Part shown: piece after piece, positions 9,740 through 19,512 of the stretch | Numbering within the stretch: position 1 is the stretch's first letter | Layout: each line of letters begins with the position of its first letter | DNA from: an uncultured Bacilli bacterium | GTDB lineage: Bacteria; Bacillota_I; Bacilli_A; RF39; UBA660 | DNA: 64,000 nucleotides | Assembly (NCBI GenBank): GCA_947598485.1 | Contig: CANQFJ010000004.1 | Location: 4,118 to 68,117, forward strand | Direction of reading: 5' to 3' | Position numbers and translations under genes: made by a program | The notes under the pieces: model-generated | Seen by the model: only the letters and a program-made list of their open reading frames with translations | The model's database searches: none | Told to the model about the DNA's origin: nothing

Positions 9740-10609
9740 ATGAATAAAAAAATCATTAATCAAATACTATTAATTCTTACATTAGCTCTCATTTTTATGC
9801 TTTTTAAAAATTATGGTTCTTTCTCTTCTTTAACGCTTAATATTGGTCTGATTTATCTTACTAAGGTATTTCCCTTTCTTTTTATTATGATGGTCATAAA
9901 TAATTTACTTATTAACATGAATTTTCCTTATTACCTAAGTCACATAGTTAAGACTCCAAGTTTATATACCTTTATACTAAGTATCATGTCAGGAAGTCCC
10001 TTAAATGCCATTATACTTAATAACTTTTTAAATCAAAAAGTTATTAATGAAAAAGATGCCAGTATAATTCTTTCCTTTACTTCCTTTAATAACCCTTTAT
10101 TCTTATATAATTACTTTAATTTAATATTTAATAATAAATTAATTACATTAAAACTATTTTTTATAATATATCTTTCCAATGTTATATTATATTTTATCTT
10201 GAAAAATAAGCTTAAAAATAACAAATATAATATATCCTATAAACCTCTTTCTTTTGCTAATAGTTTTACACAAAGTATGAAAAGTGCTAGTCAAAATATG
10301 CTTAATATCTTTGGAACAATTTTTTTCTTCTTTCTTATTAGTAATATTATAATTAAATCTAACACTCCTTTTAGTGTACTTGCCAAAGGAATCATAGAAA
10401 TTACTCAAGGCTTAAATGGTCTTATAAATCTAAATATTTCTCTTAAAATAAAAGAATTGCTAGTTTTAGCAATTCTCCAGTTCCAAGGTCTATCCATTCA
10501 TATGCAAATAGCCTCAGTCTTAAGCGATTATAATATTAATTATAAATATTTCTATCTATCAAGATTTTTGTTAATTATAATTAGCCTCGCGCTAGGAATG
10601 ATAACATAA
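9740..10609 (+). CDS. YlbJ-like sporulation integral membrane protein (nucleoside-recognition/gate-type domains)
   Basis: 289-aa polytopic membrane protein, divergent from the ylbL-like gene as in Bacillus ylbJ/ylbL. The call rests mostly on synteny. Confidence 0.45.
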   Translation: MNKKIINQILLILTLALIFMLFKNYGSFSSLTLNIGLIYLTKVFPFLFIMMVINNLLINMNFPYYLSHIVKTPSLYTFILSIMSGSPLNAIILNNFLNQKVINEKDASIILSFTSFNNPLFLYNYFNLIFNNKLITLKLFFIIYLSNVILYFILKNKLKNNKYNISYKPLSFANSFTQSMKSASQNMLNIFGTIFFFFLISNIIIKSNTPFSVLAKGIIEITQGLNGLINLNISLKIKELLVLAILQFQGLSIHMQIASVLSDYNINYKYFYLSRFLLIIISLALGMIT

Positions 10610-11114
10610 TATCATCTAAACTATTATTGTTATTTGCATTATTATCATCATTTACTGTATAAACAGGAATAGTACAAAGCCATGGATGATAGACATTAGT
10701 TTGGCCTTCAATAGTCGTGGCCATTTTACACTCAGTCTTTGAGTAAGAATAAACGCCCGATTCAATATCCCATCTTCTTAGAACCTGAGAAGAGTCTTTT
10801 ATTTGGATATAATTACTATAAACAGCTATTGTGTAAGTTTTGCTAAGAGTTGATTGCTTAAATTGAATCGTTGTATTATTAGAATTTTTAGTAACTTTAG
10901 GAGCCTGTGAAATATCTGCCTTACGCATCAATGTTTCAATATAATCAATAAGCTCTATTTTTTGCTCTTGGTTTTTTGAAGCAAAAAACTCATTATCATT
11001 TTCATAGGTTACATCACCCAGTAATCGATACAAAAAGAGCATAACAACGGCGATAAGTGAAACACTAACAATAAGCTCTATTAATGTTAAACCTTTATTA
11101 TTTAGTCTTTTCAT
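10581..11114 (-). CDS. type IV pilin/pseudopilin-like protein
   Basis: Start preferred at ATG 11114 (MKRLNNKG), with GGGGA upstream and 1 nt after the upstream stop. Prepilin motif G/LTLIELIVSVSLIAVV with Glu at +5. Confidence 0.7.
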   Translation of the reverse strand: MKRLNNKGLTLIELIVSVSLIAVVMLFLYRLLGDVTYENDNEFFASKNQEQKIELIDYIETLMRKADISQAPKVTKNSNNTTIQFKQSTLSKTYTIAVYSNYIQIKDSSQVLRRWDIESGVYSYSKTECKMATTIEGQTNVYHPWLCTIPVYTVNDDNNANNNNSLDDIMLSFLARG

Positions 11115-11115
11115 A

Positions 11116-12132
11116 TTAATCCCCGAATAACGTAACAATGTAAGGATCAACCTTAGTACCTGTTCCTGCCATCACTACTACTTTACTATTTAAATAAAAC
11201 GCTGGATAAACATACTTGGTATGTGTAACATCCGCATATGCCAAATTATATTTATTTGAAGTGGAATTAAGTGTTAAAGAGTTACCACTTGTTTTATATT
11301 CGTCAATAAACCACATAAGAGGGTTAAAATTATTTAAATTAAGCCAGTTATGTAGATAACATTGATGATCAAAGCCATCATTATATTCATTCATATTATG
11401 GGTATTTTTACAATAATCATTATATTGAGCAGCATACCCCCAGTCACTTGCCGATATAAGACCTATTTTAGCTTGGACAGTGTATGAAGATTTCATCTCA
11501 CTATCATAAGTATCTTTAGCTGTTGCCGTAATTTTATCAAGACGCGGCACATACCACTTAGCATTAATAATCATCTTTTTATAATTTTCATCAAATTTGC
11601 TATCAGTATTTAAATAAGTGCCATTTAAATAAGTTTTAAGACTAGAGTTTGACCAGTGGCCTGTTTTAGTACCATATGCTTTTTTAGATGTTAAAGCCTT
11701 ATCACGTACGATTTTCGTAACATATCCTGACCCAGTTCCCGAAATAGAAGATTCTTTAAAAACTCCGACAATGCGAAAAAGATAATTAGCATCATTTTTG
11801 CAACTACTATCAGATTTACCAAAGCAAATGTAGTTATTAGGAGCCGAGCCAAAATAACGATAAGAACCATAGGTAGAATTATCCTTTCTAACACCTGAAG
11901 AGCTAGAGCTTGTTAATGTAGCTTGGTTTTTAACCGCATCAGCCAATTTTAAAGTATTATCAGCGTAATTATAATTTAATGCTGCTTTTACTTTAATATT
12001 ATCTTTATACATTGTAAATGATGTCCAATTATCAAAATAATTACTTAATATTAAAATCAAAAGCATTAAAAAGACAATCATAAAAGTATATATAACAGAA
12101 ATAGCAATAAAGCCTCGATTATTCTTCATCAT
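11116..12132 (-). CDS. pseudopilin-like protein with large C-terminal globular domain
   Basis: ATGA overlap with the upstream gene. N-terminus MMKNNRG/FIAISVIYTFMIV. The C-terminal KIGLISASDWG ... YVYPAFYLNSKVVV..GTGTKVDPYIV is shared with the ORF at 29746-30849. Confidence 0.6.
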   Translation of the reverse strand: MMKNNRGFIAISVIYTFMIVFLMLLILILSNYFDNWTSFTMYKDNIKVKAALNYNYADNTLKLADAVKNQATLTSSSSSGVRKDNSTYGSYRYFGSAPNNYICFGKSDSSCKNDANYLFRIVGVFKESSISGTGSGYVTKIVRDKALTSKKAYGTKTGHWSNSSLKTYLNGTYLNTDSKFDENYKKMIINAKWYVPRLDKITATAKDTYDSEMKSSYTVQAKIGLISASDWGYAAQYNDYCKNTHNMNEYNDGFDHQCYLHNWLNLNNFNPLMWFIDEYKTSGNSLTLNSTSNKYNLAYADVTHTKYVYPAFYLNSKVVVMAGTGTKVDPYIVTLFGD

Positions 12133-12863
12133 AAGTACACCCACGAATTATAATAAGCATTTTCACAATGCATATCAAAGCTTATCCCACTTGCATCATT
12201 ATATTTTTGAATAGCATCTTTCTTTTGCTTATCGGTTCCATTAACGACTTTATAATACTCAAATATCTTTTGTTGAAGACAGTTTTGATATGTTCCTTTA
12301 TCAATTGCCGCATCCCCATTTTTATTTTCATATATCAAAGATATTAAAATACCTTTTACTTCGGGACGAGAAACTTTAGAAAAGTCAATGCTTAAATTTT
12401 TAACATAATCTTTAAAAGTAGAGTCGGCAAAATCATCCAATTTTTGTAAGGTATTCTTACATCTTGCTTCTTTAGTACTACCATTAGTATTAACACAATT
12501 TTTTAAAGGAACAAGTAAGTTAGATGGTACATAAATAAGAACATTATAATTATAAAGCTCTCTAGCCCTTGTCATAAGTGTATTATCGGTAAAGATATCA
12601 CTACCAGAACTAAACATATAAAAATAGTAATCTTTCGTAGCATTATCTACCGCGAATTTAAATTTCGAAGAATTAACACTTTTATTAAAAACATCCCTTA
12701 TAGCCATAGTCTTATATATATAGGATATGTCATCATAATATAATCTTCTTTTTTCTGCTCGCAATGTTTCAGAATAAGAGCCATACAAAACAACAAGTGT
12801 AGTTGTTAAAATTACAATTGTTAAAATAGTTTCTATAAATACAAATCCCTTTTTATTAACCAT
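12129..12863 (-). CDS. type IV pilin/pseudopilin-like protein
   Basis: N-terminus MVNKKG/FVFIETILTIVILTTTLVV is a prepilin cleavage/methylation motif with Glu+5. Confidence 0.7.
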   Translation of the reverse strand: MVNKKGFVFIETILTIVILTTTLVVLYGSYSETLRAEKRRLYYDDISYIYKTMAIRDVFNKSVNSSKFKFAVDNATKDYYFYMFSSGSDIFTDNTLMTRARELYNYNVLIYVPSNLLVPLKNCVNTNGSTKEARCKNTLQKLDDFADSTFKDYVKNLSIDFSKVSRPEVKGILISLIYENKNGDAAIDKGTYQNCLQQKIFEYYKVVNGTDKQKKDAIQKYNDASGISFDMHCENAYYNSWVYL

Positions 12864-12929
12864 ATTTATACCCTATTAAATTATAACACTTTAAACCTTA
12901 TTTGTATATATTATAATAGGTGATCTTCG

Positions 12930-13103
12930 ATGTATAATAAGGGAAATGGTTTAGCAGCTTTTATTGTCATTATCTTAAGTTTTTTAATATTTTATCAACT
13001 ACTTATAACCTTAATACTACCTTTTCGTTTTAACATTTTTATTCTGATTCTTGAATTTTGTTTACTTTTATTGTTCTTGTGGCGTATCGTAAGGCCTTAT
13101 TAG
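12930..13103 (+). CDS. possible 57-aa hydrophobic peptide
   Basis: Own reading: AGGTGA 6 nt upstream of ATG 12930, product MYNKGNGLAAFIVIILSFLIFYQLL..., stop TAG 13101-13103. Converges on and overlaps the ysxE-like 3' end by 36 nt. It is below the ORF-track size cut-off. Confidence 0.2.
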   Translation: MYNKGNGLAAFIVIILSFLIFYQLLITLILPFRFNIFILILEFCLLLLFLWRIVRPY

Positions 13104-13958
13104 CTGTTCCGATTTATACACATAATCAAGAACCTCTCTAACCTTTCCGGTATCTATGACCGTAAAATTAATATTAGGCATTAATAAAGGCATACGTATA
13201 AGAACAAAAAAGAGGATTTTTTCATTTTCTCGCAGTTCAAAATGCTGAAAATATTTACTTAAAAACTCGCTAAAATCATAGTTCATATATTCTTTATGAT
13301 AAAGATTGACAATATCGAGTATAGGAGTATCTATAGCATAATTATCCCAACTTATTAAAGCCTGCTTATTAGTATCACTTAAAAAATGTTCTAATGCTAA
13401 GTTATTATGGACTATACTTACCCTTTCTTTGGTATTACTACTACTTAAATCATACCATTTATGAATATTTTCCCGGCAATAATTAAAAGCTCTTTTAATA
13501 TGAAAGAAATTACGGGCAAATAAATACTCCGCAGGATTTAAAAACGTCTTATACAAAACATTTTTAAATAAAATATTATAATTAAATTCTAGAAAGTTAA
13601 TATTTTCTAAAACGACATCCCTAATTTCTTTATAATTATCAATATTAGTACTTTTGAAAAAGACAGTTTTATTATGTAAAGAAGATATTACACTTTCTAA
13701 ATCTAATAATTTTTGCTCATTAAAGGGACTATAATCTTCAATATATTCATATAGTAAATCCCTATCTTGAAAGTTTCTAATCACTTTTGGATAATTTGTA
13801 AAGCCACGACTATCAAGATAATTAAATAAATTATATAAATCTTTATTTTGTTTTTTTAAGACTAGTTTTCCTGAAGAGCTATCGATAATTGTCGCTGAAT
13901 TTTTTAAAGTATAACGATATGGTTTAAACTCTTCACGAACATAATCTAAACTATTCAT
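13068..13958 (-). CDS. CotS-family spore coat kinase-like protein (YsxE-like)
   Basis: 296 aa. SIVHNNLALEHFL ... LISWDNYAID resembles the HxD/N and D motifs of aminoglycoside-kinase-like CotS proteins. It lies directly downstream of the spoVID-like gene, as ysxE does in B. subtilis. Confidence 0.6.
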   Translation of the reverse strand: MNSLDYVREEFKPYRYTLKNSATIIDSSSGKLVLKKQNKDLYNLFNYLDSRGFTNYPKVIRNFQDRDLLYEYIEDYSPFNEQKLLDLESVISSLHNKTVFFKSTNIDNYKEIRDVVLENINFLEFNYNILFKNVLYKTFLNPAEYLFARNFFHIKRAFNYCRENIHKWYDLSSSNTKERVSIVHNNLALEHFLSDTNKQALISWDNYAIDTPILDIVNLYHKEYMNYDFSEFLSKYFQHFELRENEKILFFVLIRMPLLMPNINFTVIDTGKVREVLDYVYKSEQLIRPYDTPQEQ

Positions 13959-14676
13959 TTTGGTAAGGGATAATTAACTTATCACCAACATTGATATCAT
14001 TTATATCATTAAGTTTTAATAATTCATCTTTATCAATATTATTAATTTGACATATGCTTTCCAAAGTTTCCTCTTCTTTAACAACATGGATTTTAAAAGT
14101 CATATAATCATCTTCCGTTTCAAATCCTGATATAACTTCACTAGTATTTACTTTTTCAACATTACTAACTACTAATTGATCTCTGTCTTCCACTTCGGTT
14201 TCTTCTGTTTCTTCTTCGCGTGTTTCCTCTTCTTTTTCAGGGACTATATCCTCGGGTTCATCTTCCCTATCCTCAGTACCTTCACTATCATTATTATCTT
14301 CCTCAGGAGTTACAATCAAGTCAACGGGGTCTAATCTTTCTTCCTCTTTTACTTCTTCCGCGGAAATAGCATAATCAATTTTAATTGTCATTTCATTACC
14401 ATCGACATCATAGGTAAAATTATCAATCCAAAACTCAAAAGTATCTTTATCCACTTCTTTTTCTAGTTCAACAGAAAAAGGAACAACAAACTTAAAATCT
14501 TCTGTATTAACACTTAATTCATGTTCTTTATAAGTACCACTTACAATAAAGTTTCCTAAAACTTCATTATTATTTTGATTTACTTCATGTTCTAAAGATA
14601 TTGACACTATCTCTTTAATATTGCCGGTGAATTTTAATTTCTTTTCAAAAGGTATAATACAATTCATATCTATCAT
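13951..14676 (-). CDS. SpoVID-like spore coat morphogenetic protein with C-terminal LysM
   Basis: N-terminal domain FTGNIKEIVSISLEHEV...GNFIVSGTYKE, an acidic E/D-rich linker, and a C-terminal LysM (HVVKEEETLESICQINNIDKDELLKLNDI..VGDKLIIP). Confidence 0.6.
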   Translation of the reverse strand: MIDMNCIIPFEKKLKFTGNIKEIVSISLEHEVNQNNNEVLGNFIVSGTYKEHELSVNTEDFKFVVPFSVELEKEVDKDTFEFWIDNFTYDVDGNEMTIKIDYAISAEEVKEEERLDPVDLIVTPEEDNNDSEGTEDREDEPEDIVPEKEEETREEETEETEVEDRDQLVVSNVEKVNTSEVISGFETEDDYMTFKIHVVKEEETLESICQINNIDKDELLKLNDINDINVGDKLIIPYQNE

Positions 14677-14706
14677 CTCCTATAAAAGGATATGCTATAA
14701 AATAAA

Positions 14707-15411
14707 TTATATGATATTTTTTTCATCAATTATCTTACCATTAATATGGTAGTAATACTTAATATCTTTTTGATACTTTGAGATAGGAATATTCTGATTC
14801 TTGATTTTACGATAATGAAAATTATATAATTTTCTTTCCAAGATAAATTTATAATAAATAATCTTTTGATCTTTATATATTTGCCAAGTTTTATAAATAA
14901 ATAAAGTAATCAAAAAATAATTATTAAGATTATATTTTAAATTACATATAGTATAAATAATGATACTTATAAAAGATATTACAGTATAAAAAGATAGACT
15001 CATTTTATATGGCATAAAATAATTTGCAAGCTCAAATACTATTTTAGAACCATCTAAAGGAATAATAGGCAATAAATTAAATACCATAATAGCAATATTA
15101 TAATCATTAAATAAAGAACTCGTAATAATACCCATTTGCCCAAGGCAAAAATAAAAAAACTGTAAAATAATGCCCGCACTAGCTATTAAAAGATCACAAA
15201 TAATATAATCATTTAATTTTTTATCAATTTTAGTTATGCCTCCGAAGGGATATATTTCTATAGATATAATCTTATAACCAAGAAGTTTAGCTACTATTAC
15301 ATGGGCAAGTTCATGGGTTATTACAATAAAAAGAATAATACATATATTCTTAAAAAAACCGCATAACAAAAAAATTAAAATAAAAATAAGAGTATATTTA
15401 TTAAAGTGCAT
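14707..15411 (-). CDS. spoIVFB: site-2 protease (M50), SpoIVFB-like
   Basis: HELAHVIV zinc motif inside a TM helix and the NLLPIIPLDGSKI motif. Polytopic membrane protein placed after a spoIVFA-like gene. Confidence 0.75.
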   Translation of the reverse strand: MHFNKYTLIFILIFLLCGFFKNICIILFIVITHELAHVIVAKLLGYKIISIEIYPFGGITKIDKKLNDYIICDLLIASAGIILQFFYFCLGQMGIITSSLFNDYNIAIMVFNLLPIIPLDGSKIVFELANYFMPYKMSLSFYTVISFISIIIYTICNLKYNLNNYFLITLFIYKTWQIYKDQKIIYYKFILERKLYNFHYRKIKNQNIPISKYQKDIKYYYHINGKIIDEKNII

Positions 15412-15964
15412 TTACATACTCTTCATAAGTATAATACTTATTATCTTTAGTTATTACTAAACCAAACTCTTTATCAATATTGCCAATTATTTCTGATGCT
15501 TTAACATAGTCATAAATTTTAACATCTGTTTCATCAAGAAGAAAATACCAAATATCAAAACCATTGCTACCTTGGATAATTACCGTTCTGCCATAGTCGT
15601 CTTTATCTCCTACAAAAGTTACTATTCCCCCACTTAAAGTTGTAACAAAATTATCTTTAACGCCATAATATTTTTCCCCATTTAAGAATTTTTCTTTACT
15701 TTCATACTCGAGAAAACTTTTCATAACCGGAACCGAATTTTCTTCTTTTTCCTCTGTAGTGCCGGCAATTTTACTAAAAAAATTATTAAATTTCATAAAC
15801 TGAAAAGAATCATTAAAAATATACTCTTTATAAAAGTTTTTAACCTTACTATTTATCGAAGTTCCTATTAAACTGAGAAGTAAGATAATAATGCATATTA
15901 ATACGCGCGTCATATATTTATGCGCTTTACCCTCTTTTTTTACTTCCAAATATTTATCAAGCAT
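15401..15964 (-). CDS. SpoIVFA-like membrane protein with degenerate M23/LytM domain
   Basis: N-terminal TM. The C-terminal GGIVTFVGDKDDYGRTVIIQGSNGFDIWY...IIG looks like a LytM fold without an obvious HxxxD/HxH. Lies upstream of the M50 protease. Confidence 0.5.
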   Translation of the reverse strand: MLDKYLEVKKEGKAHKYMTRVLICIIILLLSLIGTSINSKVKNFYKEYIFNDSFQFMKFNNFFSKIAGTTEEKEENSVPVMKSFLEYESKEKFLNGEKYYGVKDNFVTTLSGGIVTFVGDKDDYGRTVIIQGSNGFDIWYFLLDETDVKIYDYVKASEIIGNIDKEFGLVITKDNKYYTYEEYVNAL

Positions 15965-15975
15965 ATTATCACCAG

Positions 15976-16299
15976 TTAAATATTATGCTTTTTTAAAATA
16001 ATTATTAATAAAACGAAATAAATTAAACTTAAAAGAAAATTAAATAAGGAAAAAGGATATACTAAAAAATAAAAAACAACAAAGTTAAAAATATTTTTAA
16101 AATAATAATTTTTGATTTTTTTATTTAATAAATATAAAGCTATAAAAATTAAAGTTATCTTACCCATTAAATTAGCAATAACAAAGTCTATAAATAAGCC
16201 TATAAATAAAACATAATAAAAGTTTTTACTATTTAAGGCATTTAAACAAAAAGAGGAATATAAGTATGGCATCAAAAGTAAATCAATAAAAAATAGCAT
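15976..16299 (-). CDS. mreD: rod shape-determining protein MreD-like
   Basis: 107-aa polytopic hydrophobic protein immediately downstream of mreC, with a 1-nt overlap. Confidence 0.5.
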   Translation of the reverse strand: MLFFIDLLLMPYLYSSFCLNALNSKNFYYVLFIGLFIDFVIANLMGKITLIFIALYLLNKKIKNYYFKNIFNFVVFYFLVYPFSLFNFLLSLIYFVLLIIILKKHNI

Positions 16300-16916
16300 T
16301 ATTTTCCTCCCATTATAATTAAGTAATTTAAATTACTAAAATTTTTTATAGGCTTTAAAATATATGTATTACTTACTTTATTTTTATCTTTAATAATTTG
16401 AAAGACTTTACCTATTAAAACTTTGCTATTATTTCCTATATCGGAAGTATATACCTCATCATTTATATTAATGGTACAATAATTATCTATGGTTTCTATC
16501 TTATTTTCCTTTAAAATGCCATAGCATTCATTAATACTTACCTGTAAAGTAAAATCTTTAGCATAAAGCGTTTTGACCTCAGCTTCACTATTTTTTACCT
16601 TATATATCGTTCCGATAAGAGCTCCATCACTTAAAACTAAGTCACCCTTTTGGATTTTTTCTGAATCAATAATAATATTTATATATCCTGGTTTATAAGG
16701 ATTTTGATATAGAACTTTACCATAATAAAAGTTACTTTCATAATTACTATTTTTAATAAGTTTAATATCATTTATTTCTTTTTCCAGACTTAAAACATAA
16801 CTATCTTTAATATTAGGCTCTGGAAAATGAGCAAAAAAGCCAAGAATATAATTCTTAGCTACAATAATAATAAAAAGAATTAAAAATAAATAGCTATTTT
16901 TAATAAACTTTTTCAT
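16299..16916 (-). CDS. mreC: rod shape-determining protein MreC (short form)
   Basis: N-terminal TM, short coiled region, beta-rich domain with GDLVLSDGALIGTIYKV and TSDIGNNSKVLIGKV. Confidence 0.6.
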   Translation of the reverse strand: MKKFIKNSYLFLILFIIIVAKNYILGFFAHFPEPNIKDSYVLSLEKEINDIKLIKNSNYESNFYYGKVLYQNPYKPGYINIIIDSEKIQKGDLVLSDGALIGTIYKVKNSEAEVKTLYAKDFTLQVSINECYGILKENKIETIDNYCTININDEVYTSDIGNNSKVLIGKVFQIIKDKNKVSNTYILKPIKNFSNLNYLIIMGGK

Positions 16917-16944
16917 ATTTAATAGTATTTACTATCTATTATTT

Positions 16945-17982
16945 TTAATTCTCTATATTCTCACATAATGTATCGTACTTACTTATACGGTTATTAACTA
17001 GTAATGTTTTTTTGTTTGCACATAATATTATCTGATAATCTTTTAATTTATATAAAGTATCATTTTCGTTAATTATTTCTTTTTCTTGATTTTTAATCAA
17101 GTTTGTAATGCTTTCTCTTTTATCACTTAAAAGATAATCAAGTTCATATAAAATATCTTCTCGATATTTATAGAAGATACTGGAAATACCCACATAATAA
17201 ATATCACCTTTTTTTAGAATATCATCGGTATCAATATTATTAACAATTAACTCATAGTTATCATAAATATGATTGTCAACCACAATAGCATCATCAAGAT
17301 AAATTGTTTGGGCCTTTGTATCATCAAAGCTAACAACCCGGCCAATTATAACGACATAATCATAATTAAAATATTGGGAAGGATTAATATTTAGCTCATT
17401 GACACGTACTTCTTTCTCTAAATCAAATGTAACATAGCCATTTTTTACTTCTTCAGCTTCCGTATAAGCATTAAGAGTTAAAGAAGATGCGCCAATTATA
17501 GAGCCAATTTTACCCTCGAGTTTTACAAATTTATTCTTATATTCTTTATATGATTGTTTAGGATTTTCTAAAAATTCATTAATAGAAATCTTCGGTATAT
17601 CACTAGCTTGGCAAGCATAATTTCTATCATAATTATCTATAACTAATTTACCATTGCAATCATATATCCGGTAAAATAGCGAGTTATATGTTGCTACTTT
17701 ATCTGAAGATTTTACTTTATAAGCAATAATGGGTGATGATTTAAATATTTTATAGTTTAGAAAATCTAAAATTAAAGATAATATTATAAGTAGTAGCAAA
17801 TATAAAGGTATTTTATAAATTAAGCCCTTATTTTTTAAACAAATGCCTATAAGAAGAGCGATAATTCCAATGCTTAAAACGATGAAACGATAAATGCTAT
17901 AAGTGTGAACCAAAAAAGGAATAATCATTAATAATACTCCTGTTAAACATAAAATTATCTTTAACTTCTTCATAAAGCTCAC
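16945..17982 (-). CDS. membrane protein, unknown function
   Basis: 345 aa with three N-terminal TM helices then a soluble domain. It occupies the position where mreB is found in Bacillus but has no actin-like motifs. Confidence 0.4.
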   Translation of the reverse strand: MSFMKKLKIILCLTGVLLMIIPFLVHTYSIYRFIVLSIGIIALLIGICLKNKGLIYKIPLYLLLLIILSLILDFLNYKIFKSSPIIAYKVKSSDKVATYNSLFYRIYDCNGKLVIDNYDRNYACQASDIPKISINEFLENPKQSYKEYKNKFVKLEGKIGSIIGASSLTLNAYTEAEEVKNGYVTFDLEKEVRVNELNINPSQYFNYDYVVIIGRVVSFDDTKAQTIYLDDAIVVDNHIYDNYELIVNNIDTDDILKKGDIYYVGISSIFYKYREDILYELDYLLSDKRESITNLIKNQEKEIINENDTLYKLKDYQIILCANKKTLLVNNRISKYDTLCENIEN

Positions 17983-18116
17983 CTATTTTTATTATACAAT
18001 AAAGGGCTATGATTAACCATAAATTCCAGAATCAATTTATAAATGTTTGACATATATAACGCGCCTAATATTAAAGACAAGAAGAAAATATGTTAAAATT
18101 ATTATAGGTGATTAAA

Positions 18117-19478
18117 TTGAATAAAAATATGTTTAGAGAATACGATATAAGAGGTATTTACCCCAGTGATTTAAATGCAGACATTGCTCTAACACTTGGC
18201 CAAGCATTTGGGTCTTATATTAGTGAAAAAGAAGTTATCGTGGGTCATGACAATCGATTATCATCTCCTGAGCTTCATGAAAATCTAATAGCGGGCCTTG
18301 TTAAAGCGGGCGTCCATGTCATAGATTTAGGCTTATGTACTACGCCTATGTATTATGTTATAAAAAAACATTTAAATATGACTAATGGTATCATGATCAC
18401 AGCATCACATAATCCTAAAGAATATAATGGACTTAAAATATCATTTAGTATAATTGGCCCTGCCTATGGTGAGGCTATTACTAAATTTAGAGACTATGTT
18501 TTAAATGGTAATTTTAGTGAAGGCCATGGTAGTGTAACGAAATATGAAGGTTTAAATGAAGTATATTTAAATACTATCAAGAAAGGTATTAATCTAGGAC
18601 CCCGTAAAATTAAAGTTGCTTATGACCCTGCCAATGGTACGGGATGTGTTATATTAAAAGATGTCCTTGAAATGTTTAAAGATAACATTGATTATGAAAT
18701 AATATATGGTAATAGCGATGGTAATTTTCCTAATCATCATCCTGATCCAAGCGTTGAGGCAAATATGGAAGATTTGAAAAAATATGTTATCGAAAATCAC
18801 GGTGATTTAGGTATTGGTATCGATGGTGATGCTGACCGGGTTGGTATAATTGATAATGAAGGTAACTTTATAACCATAGACAAAATAATGATAGTCATAT
18901 ATAAATATTTATATCCTAATTTAAAAAGTAAAAAAGCCCTTATGGATGTTAAGTGTTCTAAAGCATTGCTTGATGAAATGAAAAAATTAAATTTACCTAC
19001 ATTTGTAAATAGAACTGGTAATAGCTATCAAAACTATACTATTAATACTGAAGGCTACGATTTTGGTGGCGAATTTTCTGGGCACCTATGGTTTACAGAT
19101 AAGTGGCCAGGCATTGATGATGGCATTTATGCTTCCTTAAGAATTATTGAAATGTTATCAAATACAAATCAAAACCTAGCAGATCTTTTACGTAATATTC
19201 CTAAATATTATAGTACTCCGGAAATAAAAATTGATTGTCCTGATGATAAAAAAGCAATAGTAATTGGCAAAGTTAAAGAGTATGTTACTTCCAAAGGCAT
19301 TAGCTTTAATGATATCGATGGCGTTCGTATTGATTTTCCTGATGGCTTTGCTTTAATAAGACAAAGTAATACTACTCCTTGTTTAACTTTAAGATTTGAA
19401 AAAAAGACCAAAGAAGATCTAGAGGTAGTACAAAACGAATATATTTCTTTAGTCAATAATATTATTAATAATTTATAA
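18117..19478 (+). CDS. phosphomannomutase/phosphoglucomutase family protein
   Basis: FREYDIRG, active-site loop ITASHNPKEYNGLK, Mg loop GIGIDGDADRVG, GEFSGH. The TTG at 18117 has AGGTGA 5 nt upstream. The track start GTG 18108 overlaps that RBS. Confidence 0.85.
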   Translation: MNKNMFREYDIRGIYPSDLNADIALTLGQAFGSYISEKEVIVGHDNRLSSPELHENLIAGLVKAGVHVIDLGLCTTPMYYVIKKHLNMTNGIMITASHNPKEYNGLKISFSIIGPAYGEAITKFRDYVLNGNFSEGHGSVTKYEGLNEVYLNTIKKGINLGPRKIKVAYDPANGTGCVILKDVLEMFKDNIDYEIIYGNSDGNFPNHHPDPSVEANMEDLKKYVIENHGDLGIGIDGDADRVGIIDNEGNFITIDKIMIVIYKYLYPNLKSKKALMDVKCSKALLDEMKKLNLPTFVNRTGNSYQNYTINTEGYDFGGEFSGHLWFTDKWPGIDDGIYASLRIIEMLSNTNQNLADLLRNIPKYYSTPEIKIDCPDDKKAIVIGKVKEYVTSKGISFNDIDGVRIDFPDGFALIRQSNTTPCLTLRFEKKTKEDLEVVQNEYISLVNNIINNL

Positions 19479-19480
19479 AA

Positions 19481-19511
19481 GCAGATTCACATCATATGAA
19501 TCTGCCTTTTT
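19481..19511. terminator. bidirectional rho-independent terminator between convergent genes
   Basis: Stem gcagattca / tgaatctgc with an 7-nt loop. It is flanked by an A-run upstream and ctttttatt downstream. Confidence 0.7.
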
Positions 19512-19512
19512 A

